Below, in pieces: positions 32,701 to 42,770 of a stretch of 64,000 nt of DNA. Every line of letters starts with the position of its first letter. Positions within the stretch are counted from its first letter, which is position 1. The position numbers and the translations under genes are program-made. Location: positions 672,001-736,000 of the forward strand of contig CAVSDR010000003.1 in NCBI GenBank assembly GCA_963726745.1, given 5' to 3'. Under the pieces are notes generated by a model. The model was not told the origin of the DNA. It did no database searches and worked only from the letters and a program-made list of their open reading frames with translations. Source of the stretch: an uncultured Verrucomicrobiae bacterium. Its GTDB lineage: Bacteria > Verrucomicrobiota > Verrucomicrobiia > Chthoniobacterales > UBA10450.

Positions 32701-33981
32701 CGTCGCGCTGTCGTTCACGGTGAAGCCGGTGGCTGCGGGCAGCGGCGGACCGGGATCCGCGATTGGCCGTGGCGCCGAGAAGAGCCGGGCAACTCGGTTG
32801 CGCTGGATGCCCTGGTAGTCGGTAAACAGGCCGCCGATGATGATCTTGCCGTCTACCTGCAAGGCAAGCCCGCGCACATCCGCGCTGGAACCCGGGGTAA
32901 GCCCCGCCGCGAACGACGTGTCGTCGGTTCCGTTCGCATTCAGCCGCGCCAGGGCCGCGCGGTTGGCGACGCCATTCACGGAGTTGAAGGCACCGGCGAG
33001 GAGGATTTTGCCGTCGAACTGCACCGCCACCTGGTAGACGACGCCATCCGGTCCCACGCCCGGATCAAAGGTGGTGTCTAACGAGCCGTTCGCGTTTAAC
33101 CGGGCGATCGCGTTGCGCGCGACGCCGTTGAAGCTGCTGAAAAATCCGCCGAGCAAGATCTTCCCGTCGCTCTGCACGGCCACTCCGAAAATCTGCTGAT
33201 CCGCCCCGGTGCCGGGATCGAAGGTGGCGTCGAGCCGCCCTTCTGCATCGAGCCGCGCCACGCGGTTGCGCGGCGTCCCGCGGACATTTTGAAAACTCCC
33301 CGCGATGATCAATTTGCCATCGCTTTGCAACGCGAGCGCGGAGACCGGACCGTTCGTTCCCGGCGCGATGCCTTCGTTGAAGGTGCGGTCGAGCGTCCCA
33401 TCGGCGTTCAAGCGCGCCACGTTATTTCGGGCAATGCCGTTGTAGCTCTCCAGGTAGCCCGCGATCACGATCCGGCCGTCGCCCTGGACGATGATCTCCT
33501 CCACCGTCCCGTTCGCGCTCAAGCCGACGTTGCCGGCATTGAAGGTCGCATCCAGCGAGCCGTTCGGATTGATCCGGGCCAGGCTCTTGACCGGCGTGCC
33601 GTTGTAGCCGGTGAAGAATCCGCCGATTAAAATTTTTCCGTCCGCCTGTGCGGCCACCGCACGAACGTCCTGCACGTTGTTGGTCGTGCCATCGGGCGCC
33701 AGGACCCCGGTGCCGGGATTAAACGTGGCGTCGACCGAGCCGTCGGGATTCAACTGCGCCACGCGCCGGCGCGGGAGATCGTCATAGGTGGTGAAGAGGC
33801 CGCCGATCACCACTTTGCCATCCGCCTTCACCGCGGCGGCAAAAACCGCATCGTCTGCCCCGCGGTTGCCGCCCTCCGCTCCAAAGGAGGGATCCAGGTC
33901 GCCCTCGGCCGCGCGCGCCAGCGAAAGACTCGAGAGCAAAACGGTCGCTAGGGCGCAGGAGGCGAAGAAGGAATGGGGCAT
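29728..33981 (-). CDS. Giant secreted protein A (1417 aa): delta-60-repeat propeller + shared core + octapeptide repeats + twin NISTR domain
   Basis: Signal peptide; repeated QxDGKI(L/I)IGGxF...ARLNxxGSLDxTF units; IISNDGAS repeats; NISSR and NISTR C-terminal domains. Confidence 0.85.
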   Translation of the reverse strand: MPHSFFASCALATVLLSSLSLARAAEGDLDPSFGAEGGNRGADDAVFAAAVKADGKVVIGGLFTTYDDLPRRRVAQLNPDGSVDATFNPGTGVLAPDGTTNNVQDVRAVAAQADGKILIGGFFTGYNGTPVKSLARINPNGSLDATFNAGNVGLSANGTVEEIIVQGDGRIVIAGYLESYNGIARNNVARLNADGTLDRTFNEGIAPGTNGPVSALALQSDGKLIIAGSFQNVRGTPRNRVARLDAEGRLDATFDPGTGADQQIFGVAVQSDGKILLGGFFSSFNGVARNAIARLNANGSLDTTFDPGVGPDGVVYQVAVQFDGKILLAGAFNSVNGVANRAALARLNANGTDDTSFAAGLTPGSSADVRGLALQVDGKIIIGGLFTDYQGIQRNRVARLFSAPRPIADPGPPLPAATGFTVNDSATGVPVARDSVLRMRVTQPSTAARLAVRVQSSVTPADEASWTDLNNGSFGRMIFDVTNETYVLNTTTYPRVTGVHFRALSSAPGHAASSSNVVGPFDLTSSTPHLGRTILSTTRNGPGAVINFRAFDEAHPSGVSMRIQSATSPGDESNWTDLADGNGGRMARYRNPGDFYLDSNKYPANGALYFRAVASAPGYIDSPSRGVGPFNLINSPSPAVSVNSPGLSGAGLGTDFEFPVPLPAGAFTVSANAMANGGPAIKTLRLLYDGQTIESFNASSGSRSFTPPAPGDHVVEASAVDELGVTGDAIPVHVRIAPAGGKVFQRLADGAWSDPARWLDAQGNSGVPGPGDLAIVGDFRVALSAEVTALAVGLHGGSLEGPGALTITGTLTISRGTISLPNLTITPSGSMLLVNEEDVAFSGTIENQGATNLIGRAGITGIRNTGGVASKAAVGRNGFFDGVAAFFRNAGQFLMGRRTGGKREARPSSTPVPETPRNVLVATFENNGGRIISNDGASILANDGASLIGQDGAGIISNDGASIISNDGASIISNDGASLIGQDGAGIVSGGGGNIISGGAGNFIPGHQPARAAANESNIFRQTAGSTDLSGIRLIGPVLLQGGILNGQGQIAGDLTNDGGYLAPGHSAGAISVSGNFTQSAGGTLLLEVGGTNAYAPQFDQLKVAGVATLDGQLSLRTIAGFTPDPHAPLVPLSYGSASGAFASTSGNLQVALRSTGASLTVSGANPVLPTLRNISSRMRVETGDNVLIGGFIITGSAPKKVILRAIGPSLPLADRLGDTTLELFKPDGSRVFNDNWRSTQEAEIIASTVPPSNDLESAIVATLSPGAHTAIVRGQGSATGVAVIEIYDLEPANPELLANISTRGRVLTGDNVMIGGFIIGGPQPASVLVRAVGPSLPVAGRLEDPELSLFNSNGSAITNDDWRATQESEIIATTVPPSDAREAAIVATLVPGAYTAIVRGKNGSTGVALVEVYDLR
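30976..31191 (-). repeat. 24-bp/octapeptide tandem repeat, 9 units, in protein A
   Basis: IISNDGAS ILANDGAS LIGQDGAG IISNDGAS IISNDGAS IISNDGAS LIGQDGAG IVSGGGGN IISGGAGN. Confidence 0.9.
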
Positions 33982-34027
33982 AATTGGGAGCCTGGTCAGC
34001 CAGGCGCAATCAGCCCAGTGCTATACA

Positions 34028-34065
34028 ACGCCGGGAAAAGCCTTCACTTAGCTCAAAAAACTTTT
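34028..34065 (-). promoter_or_regulatory. Candidate ECF promoter of protein A
   Basis: Minus strand AAAAGTTTTT-TGAGC(34055-34051)-N19-GCGT(34031-34028), 47 nt before ATG 33981. Same motif and spacing as at the three paralogues. Confidence 0.6.
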
Positions 34066-34099
34066 GCGGAGCTGGAAAACTCCGAGGCTCGGCGACCGG

Positions 34100-34984
34100 C
34101 TATTTCACCTTGTAAACCTCAACCAATCCGATGCCAGTCCCGCCGTCCTTGCCGCGGACGATCGCGGTGTAATTGCCGGGGACAAGCGTGGCCACGATTG
34201 CCGGCTCGAGGTCGTTCGCCGGCTGCACGGTCGTCGCGATGATCTCTGTTTCCTGCGTCTCGCGCCAGTTGTCGTTCGTGAAGACGTTGCCATTGGAGTC
34301 GTGCAATTCCAGCTCGGGGTCCTGGAGGACGCCCTGCAAAACTCCGCTCAAAGATGGACCGGTCGCGCGCACCAGAATGCCGGCCGGTTCGCTTCCGGTA
34401 ACGATGAAGCCGCCGATGAGCACGTTGTCGCCGGTGTCGACAAATCCGCGCGTGGAAATATTAGCCAGCCGGATGTCTCTGCTCCCGTCGATGTCGTAGA
34501 TCTCGGTTAACCCGATGCCGCTGCCGCCATCGGCGCCGCGCTCGATCACGGTGTAATTTCCCGGCGCCAGATCGGCGATGATGAGCGATTCGCGCGGATC
34601 GGTCGGCGCGAAGCCGTCCGGGATGCGGTCCTGGTTCGGCGCGGTTTGCCAGTTGTCGTTCGTTAGGCTGGAGCCGTCCGGCTTGAAGAGCTGGAGCACC
34701 GGATCGTTCAAGACGCCGGCTAATCCTGCGGCCGCCAGGCTCGGGCCTTTCCCGCGGATGAGGACCGCCTTGGTCGAGCCGGCCGGACCTTGGACGATGA
34801 AGCCGCCGATGAGGACCTTGTCCCCAGTCAGCACTTTCATGCGCGTGGAAATGTTCGCCGGTTGGCCGTAGCTCGGTCCGGCAATCGCGGGATTCGCGCT
34901 CACCAGCAGGCCGCCGTTGCCTAACGAGACCTGCGCGTTCGCGCTCACGGAAGCGAAGCTGCCGCTGGCCGAGCCGAATGCGAG
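34100..34984. repeat. Near-identical ~0.9 kb 3' block shared with 38589..39473 and, in part, 45854..46620
   Basis: Translations of B and C from LAFGSASGSF to the stop differ at only three residues (I/L, R/K, T/S); the DNA is visibly near-identical. Confidence 0.9.
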
Positions 34985-37900
34985 CGGGTTCACCGTGTCG
35001 GCTGGGTCTGGGGTAAAGCCGTTGATCAGCTTCACGTCCAACTTGCCGCCTAACGAGACCGCGCCGGTCACGAGCAGCTGGTCGAATTGATCCGAAGTCG
35101 CGCCGCCCGCCTCGACCAGAAGGGTGCCGTTCGCGCCCTGACTAAAAGCGCCGGCGACGGTGATCGCGCCCGCGGAATGACCGGGCGAGAGATAGCCGCC
35201 GTTGTTCGTCAGGTCGCCTTGGATAATTCCCGAACCACTCAGGGTGCCGCCATCGAGCGTCACCGGGCCGAAGAGCGTCACCGCGTTCAGGTCGGTCTCG
35301 CCGCTGATTTGGTCATAGCCGTCGGCGCTCGTCGGCGCAGCTGCCGTCCCGGACCGCGCACTCGCGCCGCTCCCCGTGAGGTTGCCCGCGCCGCTAGCGA
35401 CCAGGTTTCCAGCACCCGAGGCAACCAGGCGGCTGCCATCTTTTCCGACCAAACCACCGCCGTCCTGACTGAGCAAACCGCCGCCATCCTGGCTAATAAG
35501 TCCGCCGCCATCCTGGCTGAGCAAGCCGCCGCCGTCCTGGCTAATGAGACTGCCGCCATCCTGGCTGATCAGGCTGCCGCCATCATTGCTGACCACGCCG
35601 GAGCCGGTGCCATTGATCACCCCGTTGCCGCCGAGGGTGACCAACCCGAGATGACTTTGCGCGAGCAGGCTGTTCGGATTCGCGCCGATCAAAATGCCCG
35701 CGCCGAGAACCGAATTCGCCGAGAGCACGCGGCTTTCCGCCGTCGGGTCGCGGCCGGCATCCGGCGGGATGAAGGGCGGAATCTGGAAGTTCGAGGTGCC
35801 GCGATTATTGAAAACCCGAAGCGAGGCGATGCCCTTGCTCCCGTGAAGATTGAAGGCGCCGTAATTATCGACGGACCCGGTGAAGATCGAGCGCAGCTCG
35901 TTGTTCAGCGATTCGAAGGTCGCGCCCGCCGGGATCACGAGGTGGAGGTTGAACAGGTCGCCGCCATGGACCGAGACCGTCATCATCCCGGTGACGGTGA
36001 GATCGGTCGGCGGATTAGGGAAATCCTTCACCGCGAAGATCGCGCCGCCGTTCAGGAGAAGCGAGCGGACGGTGGTGGGCTGGCCGATTTTAATGAAAAG
36101 TCCATTATTGCTTCCCACCTTGGCGAAGTCATTCGGTCCGGGGACGCCGTTGTTGCCCTGGGTATCTCTCCAGGTGGTTGGGTCGGACCAGAGCCCGCCG
36201 GAAGTGACGGCGGTGAAGGTGCGCCCGCTCGAGCTCGCAGCGTTGACCGCGGCGCCGTCCGCGCGGCTGGCCGCCTGAGGACGATCGCCGGTGTCGACTA
36301 CATTGAGGTAAACCAGGCCGGTGCCGCCGCGGCTGGTTCCGCCGAGATCGTCGATCGCGGCCGCCTCGAGCACGTGGGCGCCGGTGACGTTCAAACGGAA
36401 ATCCACGAAAGCCGGCGCGCCCGGAGCGGTCGTGATCGTCTTGCCGTCTAATAGCACCTTCAGCTCGGTGATCTTGCTCGGCGGCCGGCTGGGATCCGGG
36501 GTCGCGTCGGCGGAGAAGCGCAGCTGTCCCGCAAGGACTACGTAAGGATCGTTCTCCGTTCCGCTGCCGCTCAAATGCGCTGGCGGCGTGATCTTCGTCA
36601 CCGGCGGCGTATCCGCGGTGATGGTGTAGGCGCCGACCACATTCGAGAGGCTATCGAGGTAGCCGGACGCCTGGGCCACGGCCCGGAAATAATAGGGGCC
36701 ACCTGGCGGCACCTTATTAGTCAGCAAGATGAAGACGTCGGGAAAATTGCCCACGGCGCTGCGCGCCATCCGGCCGGCGTTGCCGTCGCCCAGGTCGGTC
36801 CAGCTCGATTCCACCGCGGGCGTCTGGCTGGCCTGGATGCGAAGGAGCGTGCCGGCCGGTGCATTCGGCGCGCCGGCGAGGAACGAAAGGTCGGCCAGGG
36901 TGCCGTTGCGCTTGAAGAGCAACAGGACCGGCGGGAGATGGCTGCCGCCGGTCGAGCCGTCGAAAGATCCGACGTAATTCGAGATGCTGTTGGGATAGCC
37001 CGCCGCGGAGGCGATCACGCGGAAGAACAGACCCGGCCGCGCAGGATAGGCAGTCGTGTTCAGGAAAAATTTCCCGGTTTTCTTGTCGAAGGCCATCCGG
37101 CCTTTGGTCGCCGTCGGCAGATCGGTCCAGCTCGTATTGGTGCCGTCGTTTGGCTCCGGAGTGGTCGAGGATTGCACCCGCAAAGCCAGCTTCGCGGGCG
37201 TGCCGCCTTGCAGCGCGACAAAGCTGAGCACGGGCCCGCTGAGCGTGCCGGCGCGATCGGCGCTACCGTTGACCTTCAAAGTCGTCGCGGAGAGTCCGCC
37301 ATGCGGTGGCGGGGTCGGCGCCGTCTCGGGCCCGATCGTGATTTTCAAGTCGGTCCAGGCGCTGTCGCCGCCGGGCCCGCGCGCGAGCACCGAGAGATCA
37401 GCCGTCACTTCGACTTGCGGCGTGCCGCTAATCAAGCCGGTCGCGGCATTGAGCGAGAGTCCTTGCGGCAAACCGCTGATGAAAAATTGCGTGGGGTTAT
37501 TCGTCGCGGTGATTTGGAAACTGAAGGGGACTCCGACCGTGCCACTCGCCGTGCCCGGGCTCGTGATCACCGGCGGTGGCAGCGGCGCCGCACGACTCCA
37601 CTTGGGCGAGTTCGCCTGGGTGGTGTTGTAGACGCGACGATTGGTGCCATCCAGGTTCATCACGCCCAGACGGTTGCTGCCGCCGACGTCTTGATAAGAA
37701 ATCTGAGTTCCATCCGGCGAAAACCAAGGCGCCGAATCGCCGCCAGTGGCTGTCACCGGGGTGACCCGCGTCTCGGCTCCCGTGACGGGGTTCAGAGTGT
37801 AAACCGTGCCCGCTTTTTGGCAGACGATCTTCGTCCCGTCTGGCGACCAGGATGGCTGGCGATAGTTGGCATTGTCGTCCGTGGAGATCCTCACGGGTGC

Positions 37901-38473
37901 GCTCGCCCCATCCGCATTGACGATGTAGATCCGATTCGGCGTCGCGTGCCCGCTCGCATCACGCGCATAAGCATCAAACACGATCTTTGTCCCGTCCGGC
38001 GACAACGCTGGATCGAAGCCCTCCAGCGCGTAGCCGAAGGTCGTGGCCGACCGAAAACCGGTGCCATCCACATTGAAGGTGGCGAGGTACCTCCCAGCCG
38101 GTGCGGAACATAACGCCGCCAGCTTCGTCCCGTCGGCGGACCAGGACGGCAGGCTGCAGCCGTCCGTGTTTGGGATAAGGGCAGCGCCGGTGCCATCCGG
38201 ATTCATCAGAGAAATCCCGTTAGTGCCACTGACTACGAACGCGATCTTGCTGCCGTCCGGCGACAGCTCAGGGTAGAAATCATCCGTCGGGCGGTTCAGC
38301 CGGGTGTTGCCCGTGCCGTCGCCGTTAATGATGGAAATCTGGTAGTGCGTCGGTGCGCCGTTATCCGGGATGTTCGTGTAGTAGACAATCTTCCCGGTGG
38401 ACGCAGCCAGGGCGCCGGTGGCGCTGGCTAAAAGCGCGGTCAAAGCGATGGCAATACTGAAGCGAAATTTCAT
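34100..38473 (-). CDS. Giant secreted protein B (1457 aa): TolB/PD40-like propeller + Ig + shared core + octapeptide repeats + twin NISTR
   Basis: Signal peptide; PxxSPDGxKI repeats; Ig-like (GLPQGLSLNAATGLISGTP); LISQDGGG repeats; two NISTR domains. Confidence 0.85.
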   Translation of the reverse strand: MKFRFSIAIALTALLASATGALAASTGKIVYYTNIPDNGAPTHYQISIINGDGTGNTRLNRPTDDFYPELSPDGSKIAFVVSGTNGISLMNPDGTGAALIPNTDGCSLPSWSADGTKLAALCSAPAGRYLATFNVDGTGFRSATTFGYALEGFDPALSPDGTKIVFDAYARDASGHATPNRIYIVNADGASAPVRISTDDNANYRQPSWSPDGTKIVCQKAGTVYTLNPVTGAETRVTPVTATGGDSAPWFSPDGTQISYQDVGGSNRLGVMNLDGTNRRVYNTTQANSPKWSRAAPLPPPVITSPGTASGTVGVPFSFQITATNNPTQFFISGLPQGLSLNAATGLISGTPQVEVTADLSVLARGPGGDSAWTDLKITIGPETAPTPPPHGGLSATTLKVNGSADRAGTLSGPVLSFVALQGGTPAKLALRVQSSTTPEPNDGTNTSWTDLPTATKGRMAFDKKTGKFFLNTTAYPARPGLFFRVIASAAGYPNSISNYVGSFDGSTGGSHLPPVLLLFKRNGTLADLSFLAGAPNAPAGTLLRIQASQTPAVESSWTDLGDGNAGRMARSAVGNFPDVFILLTNKVPPGGPYYFRAVAQASGYLDSLSNVVGAYTITADTPPVTKITPPAHLSGSGTENDPYVVLAGQLRFSADATPDPSRPPSKITELKVLLDGKTITTAPGAPAFVDFRLNVTGAHVLEAAAIDDLGGTSRGGTGLVYLNVVDTGDRPQAASRADGAAVNAASSSGRTFTAVTSGGLWSDPTTWRDTQGNNGVPGPNDFAKVGSNNGLFIKIGQPTTVRSLLLNGGAIFAVKDFPNPPTDLTVTGMMTVSVHGGDLFNLHLVIPAGATFESLNNELRSIFTGSVDNYGAFNLHGSKGIASLRVFNNRGTSNFQIPPFIPPDAGRDPTAESRVLSANSVLGAGILIGANPNSLLAQSHLGLVTLGGNGVINGTGSGVVSNDGGSLISQDGGSLISQDGGGLLSQDGGGLISQDGGGLLSQDGGGLVGKDGSRLVASGAGNLVASGAGNLTGSGASARSGTAAAPTSADGYDQISGETDLNAVTLFGPVTLDGGTLSGSGIIQGDLTNNGGYLSPGHSAGAITVAGAFSQGANGTLLVEAGGATSDQFDQLLVTGAVSLGGKLDVKLINGFTPDPADTVNPLAFGSASGSFASVSANAQVSLGNGGLLVSANPAIAGPSYGQPANISTRMKVLTGDKVLIGGFIVQGPAGSTKAVLIRGKGPSLAAAGLAGVLNDPVLQLFKPDGSSLTNDNWQTAPNQDRIPDGFAPTDPRESLIIADLAPGNYTVIERGADGGSGIGLTEIYDIDGSRDIRLANISTRGFVDTGDNVLIGGFIVTGSEPAGILVRATGPSLSGVLQGVLQDPELELHDSNGNVFTNDNWRETQETEIIATTVQPANDLEPAIVATLVPGNYTAIVRGKDGGTGIGLVEVYKVK
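35381..35644 (-). repeat. 24-bp/octapeptide tandem repeat, 11 units, in protein B
   Basis: LVTLGGNG VINGTGSG VVSNDGGS LISQDGGS LISQDGGG LLSQDGGG LISQDGGG LLSQDGGG LVGKDGSR LVASGAGN LVASGAGN. Confidence 0.9.
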
Positions 38474-38520
38474 GGCGAGAGGTCGGGTTGAGCGAAGGCA
38501 GCAACCGCCTTCTTTCCCTC

Positions 38521-38558
38521 TCGCAACAAAATCCGCCCGATCTGTTCACGAAATTTTC
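38521..38558 (-). promoter_or_regulatory. Candidate ECF promoter of protein B
   Basis: Minus strand GAAAATTTCG-TGAAC(38548-38544)-N19-GCGA(38524-38521), 48 nt before ATG 38473. Confidence 0.68.
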
Positions 38559-38588
38559 GGCGCCCGCGAAAACGCGCCCAGGCGTCGG

Positions 38589-41500
38589 CTATTTCACCTT
38601 GTAAACCTCAACCAAGCCGATGCCAGTCCCGCCGTCCTTGCCGCGCACGATCGCCGTGTAATTTCCGGGAACGAGCGTGGCCACAATTGCCGGCTCGAGG
38701 TCGTTCGCCGGCTGCACGGTCGTCGCGATGATCTCGCTCTCTTGTGTCTCGCGCCAGTTATCGTTCGTGAAGACGTTGCCATTGGAGTCATGCAGTTCCA
38801 GCTCGGGGTCCTGGAGGACGCCCTGCAAAACTCCGCTCAAAGAAGGACCGGTCGCGCGCACCAGAATGCCGGCCGGTTCGCTTCCGGTAACGATGAAGCC
38901 GCCGATGAGCACGTTGTCGCCGGTGTCGACAAAGCCGCGCGTGGAAATATTAGCCAGCCGGATGTCTTTGCTCCCGTCGATGTCGTAGATCTCGGTCAAC
39001 CCGATGCCGCTCCCGCCATCGGCGCCGCGCTCGATCACGGTGTAATTTCCCGGCGCCAAATCGGCGATGAGGAGCGATTCGCGCGGATCGGTCGGCGCGA
39101 AGCCGTCCGGGATGCGGTCCTGGTTCGGCGCGGTTTGCCAGTTGTCGTTCGTTAGGCTGGAGCCGTCGGGCTTAAAGAGCTGGAGCACCGGGTCGTTCAA
39201 GACGCCGGCTAATCCCGCGGCCGCCAGGCTCGGGCCTTTCCCGCGGATGAGGACCGCCTTGGTCGAGCCGGCCGGACCTTGGACGATGAAGCCGCCGATC
39301 AAGACCTTGTCGCCAGTCAGCACTTTCATGCGCGTGGAGATGTTCGCCGGCTGCCCGTAGCTCGGTCCGGCAATCGCGGGATTCGCGCTCACCAGCAGGC
39401 CGCCGTTGCCTAACGAGACCTGCGCGTTCGCGCTCACGGAAGCGAAGCTCCCGCTGGCCGAGCCGAATGCGAGTGGGCTGAAAGTATCCGCGACGTCGGG
39501 CGCGTAGCCATTGATCAACTTGAGCTTCAAGTTGCCGCCTAAATTCGCCGCGCCGCCGACGAGCAATTGATCAAACTGATGCGCGAGCGCGCCGCCTTCC
39601 TCGAGCACGAGCGTGCCATTGGCGTTTTGGGAAAAGTCTCCGGTCACAGCGATCAGGCCGGCAGTTTGCCCCGGCGAGATGTAGCCGGCGTGGTTGGTCA
39701 GATCACCCGCGATCACGCCCGTGCCCGAAAGGACGCCGCCGTCGAGCGTGACCGCGCCGAGGATCGTGACTGCGCTTAAATTGGTCTCGCCGCTGGTTTG
39801 GCTAAAGCCGCTCGCCGCAGCTTGCACGCTCCGGTTTGCGGCGCTCGCGTGGAAATTTCCCGCGCCCGCCGCGATCAAGTTCCCGGCTCCAGCGGCCACT
39901 AGATTCCCTGCGCCCGCGGCGATCAAGCCGCCGCCGTCGTGGCTCACGATGCCCGCGCCATCCTGCGAAATCAGGCCCGCGCCATCCTGGCTGATCAAGC
40001 CGCCGCCATCGTGGCTGACGATATTCCCCGCGCCCGCGGCCACGAGATTGCCGCGCATCGCTGCGACCAGCCCACCGCCGTCATGACTGACGATCCCGGC
40101 GCCGTCCTGACTGATGAGCGGCGCGAGATTGAACCCGAGAATGTTCCCGGTGTTGGCGATCGATCCGGCGTCGAGGATTTTCAGCCCGGCCAAAGGATCG
40201 AGCCCGGCAGCCGGCGGAATCGTGAGCGGCGTCTGGAAGTTCGTCAGTCCGTGGTTCGTGAAGACATCGGTGCGCAAGCCGCCGCTGCCATGGAGAAAGA
40301 GGCGCCCGTTGTTCACGATCTCGGTGCCCCCGCCAAAGATCAGGTCGACGGAATTGAGGAGCTCGCAGGTGGCGCCGGCCTGGATCACGAGGCTGATGTT
40401 CGTCGTGCGCCCGGAGGTCACGGTGAGTTGTTTATCGATCAGCAGTTTGCCCGGCCCGATGATATTGCCGCCTTGGAGAATCACGGAAGCGACCTCGGCG
40501 TTGGCCGAAGGCATCAGACGCACGCGCATCGCTCCGATGACCACGAGATCGTTCGGGCCGGGGACGCCATTTACGCCGCGCGCATTTCTCCAGGTCGCTG
40601 GGTCGTTCCAAAGGCCGTTATCGGTCACAAGCGTGTAGGTGCTGCCGGTCGCGCTCGTCGCGCTCGCGGCGCTGTTGCGCGATGCCGCTGCCGAACGATC
40701 TCCAGACGGCACGACCTGGAGGTAGAACGCGCCGGTCCCCGCGCGGCTGGTCGCACCGAGGTCGTCGACCGCGGTCGCTTCAAGCACATGGAGGCCGAGC
40801 ACATTCGTGGTGTAATCCAAGCCCGCGCTGCCACTCTCGGAAGTCTTCAAAGTGGTGCCGTCGATCTGCAGCTTCAGGCTCGCGATGCGGCTGCCATTGC
40901 GCGCCGCGTCCGCGATCGCATCAGCCGAGAAATGGAAACTGCCCGCCGCGATCAGCAACGGGTCCTCCGGCGTGCCGCGGCCGCTCAAGCCGACCGGCGG
41001 ATGAAGCGTGACTACCGGCGGCGCATCGGCCCGCAGCGTGTAGGGCCCGAGCACATTCGAGAGGCTATCGAGTGATCCGGAAAGCTTCGCGACCGCGCGG
41101 AAATAAACCCCGGCACGCGCTGGCAAATTGTTCGTCAGCAGGAGGAAGAAGTTCGGGTAAGTCGCGTTCGTGCTCGGGTTCATTGCGCCCACCTCCGACC
41201 AGCTCGCTTCCACTTCCGGCGTGGTCGAAGACTGCACGCTCAAGGCGACGCCGGCGGGTGGATTCGCCTCGACCGCGGTAAAGGAGAGGTCCGCCAGCCA
41301 GCCGTTCCGCTTTAGCCAAAGTCCGACCGGCCCGAGGTGATTTCCCATCGTCGAAAGATCGAATGGCCCAACCACGTTTGAGTTGGACGGGGCGTAGCCG
41401 GCGGCCGTCGCCACCGCGCGGAAGTAAAGGCCCGCCTGCGCGGGATAGCCGGTGCTGTTCAGGATAGAAAGTCGTCTTTGCCGCGTCCGGAGTCATGTGC

Positions 41501-42633
41501 CCGGCGGTGCCATTCGGCAGGTCGGTCCAGGTCGCACCCGGATTGCTGGAAGTGCTCGTCTGAATCCGCACCGCCAGGTTCGCCGGATGGCCTCCCTGCC
41601 GCGCGACGAAACTAAGGACCGGGTTCGCAGGAATTCCGCTCGCGCTCGCGCTCCCATTGACGGTCAACGTTGTCGCTGACAAACCGCCGTGCGGCGGTGC
41701 GGTCGGCGCGGGCGGAGGCGTGGGCGCGGCGGCCGGACTCCACTTCGGAAGATTGGCGCGCACCGTGGGAAAGACATGCCGGTTGCTCCCGTCGACGTTC
41801 ATCACTCCCAGTCCACCACCATCCGCGTTATCGACAAAAGCGAGCATCGTCCCGTCCGGCGACCAGGTCGGCGCGGCATCGACAAAGTTGGGGTCCACCG
41901 TGGTGGGCGTGATTCGCGTCGCGGCGCCGGTCGCGACGTCGAGTGCGTAGATCGCGGCGCCTCGGCGGCACGCGATCTTGGTCCCATCAGGCGACCAGGA
42001 GGGATCGTTATAAAGCGCACCGTCTTCCTTCGAGAGCTGCACCGGCGCGCTCGTCCCATTTGCCTTGACCACGAAAATTTCGTCGGTCTGCGAGCTGAAA
42101 GTATAGCCTTGGAACGCAATCTCCGTCCCGTCGGGCGACCATGCAGGCTTGGTGGCGACGGGATTGTTCGGGCTGGTGATTTCCGTCAAACCAGAACCGT
42201 CCGGTCGGAAGGTGACAATGCGCGCGCCGCCGGCGGCGGTTTTCTGCGCGGCCAGTTTGCTCCCGTCGAAGGACCACGCGGGGAAGGCGCAGCCCTCGGT
42301 GTTGGGAATGAGGGCCGCGCCCGTGCCATCCGCGTTCATCAGGTAGATGCCGCTGATCGCGCTGTTAAAATAGGCGATCTTCGTTCCATCAGGTGAAAGC
42401 GCTGGGTAAAGATCACTCTCGCCCGGCCGCTCGATCTGGCGATAGCCAGTGCCGTCCCCATTGATCAGGAAGATCTGATAGCTCCCCCCGACGTTGCTGT
42501 AGAAAACGATCCTGCCGGTCGCATTCTGTGCGTCGGCTGCAGGCGCCACCCAGAGCGCTGTGCCAGCAAGCACCAGCGCGGGGAAGAGCGCACGCCAGCG
42601 ACGAGGTGAGACGGAGCGGACTTTTGATTTCAT
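38589..42633 (-). CDS. Giant secreted protein C (~1347 aa): TolB/PD40-like propeller + shared core + octapeptide repeats + twin NISTR; one apparent +1 error near 41465
   Basis: ORFs 41065..42963 and 38589..41414 join at KTTF/ILNSTGYPAQAGLYFRA, collinear with protein B. Start MKSKVRSV at ATG 42633 with a signal peptide. Confidence 0.82.
39855..40118 (-). repeat. 24-bp/octapeptide tandem repeat, 11 units, in protein C
   Basis: LISQDGAG IVSHDGGG LVAAMRGN LVAAGAGN IVSHDGGG LISQDGAG LISQDGAG IVSHDGGG LIAAGAGN LVAAGAGN LIAAGAGN. Confidence 0.9.
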
Positions 42634-42684
42634 AGGATGCGGCAGGCGAACTGAGCGAAAGTCTGGACCGGGCCTTCCATTTAC

Positions 42685-42722
42685 TCGCAACAGAACCGGC
42701 CAGTTCTGTTCATGGAATCTTC
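42685..42722 (-). promoter_or_regulatory. Candidate ECF promoter of protein C
   Basis: Minus strand GAAGATTCCA-TGAAC(42712-42708)-N19-GCGA(42688-42685), 52 nt before ATG 42633, in the divergent gap with ECF sigma 1. Confidence 0.68.
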
Positions 42723-42770
42723 GGAATAATCGTAGGCACTCGATTTTCCCGCATCTAAGGTGAAAGCTGT

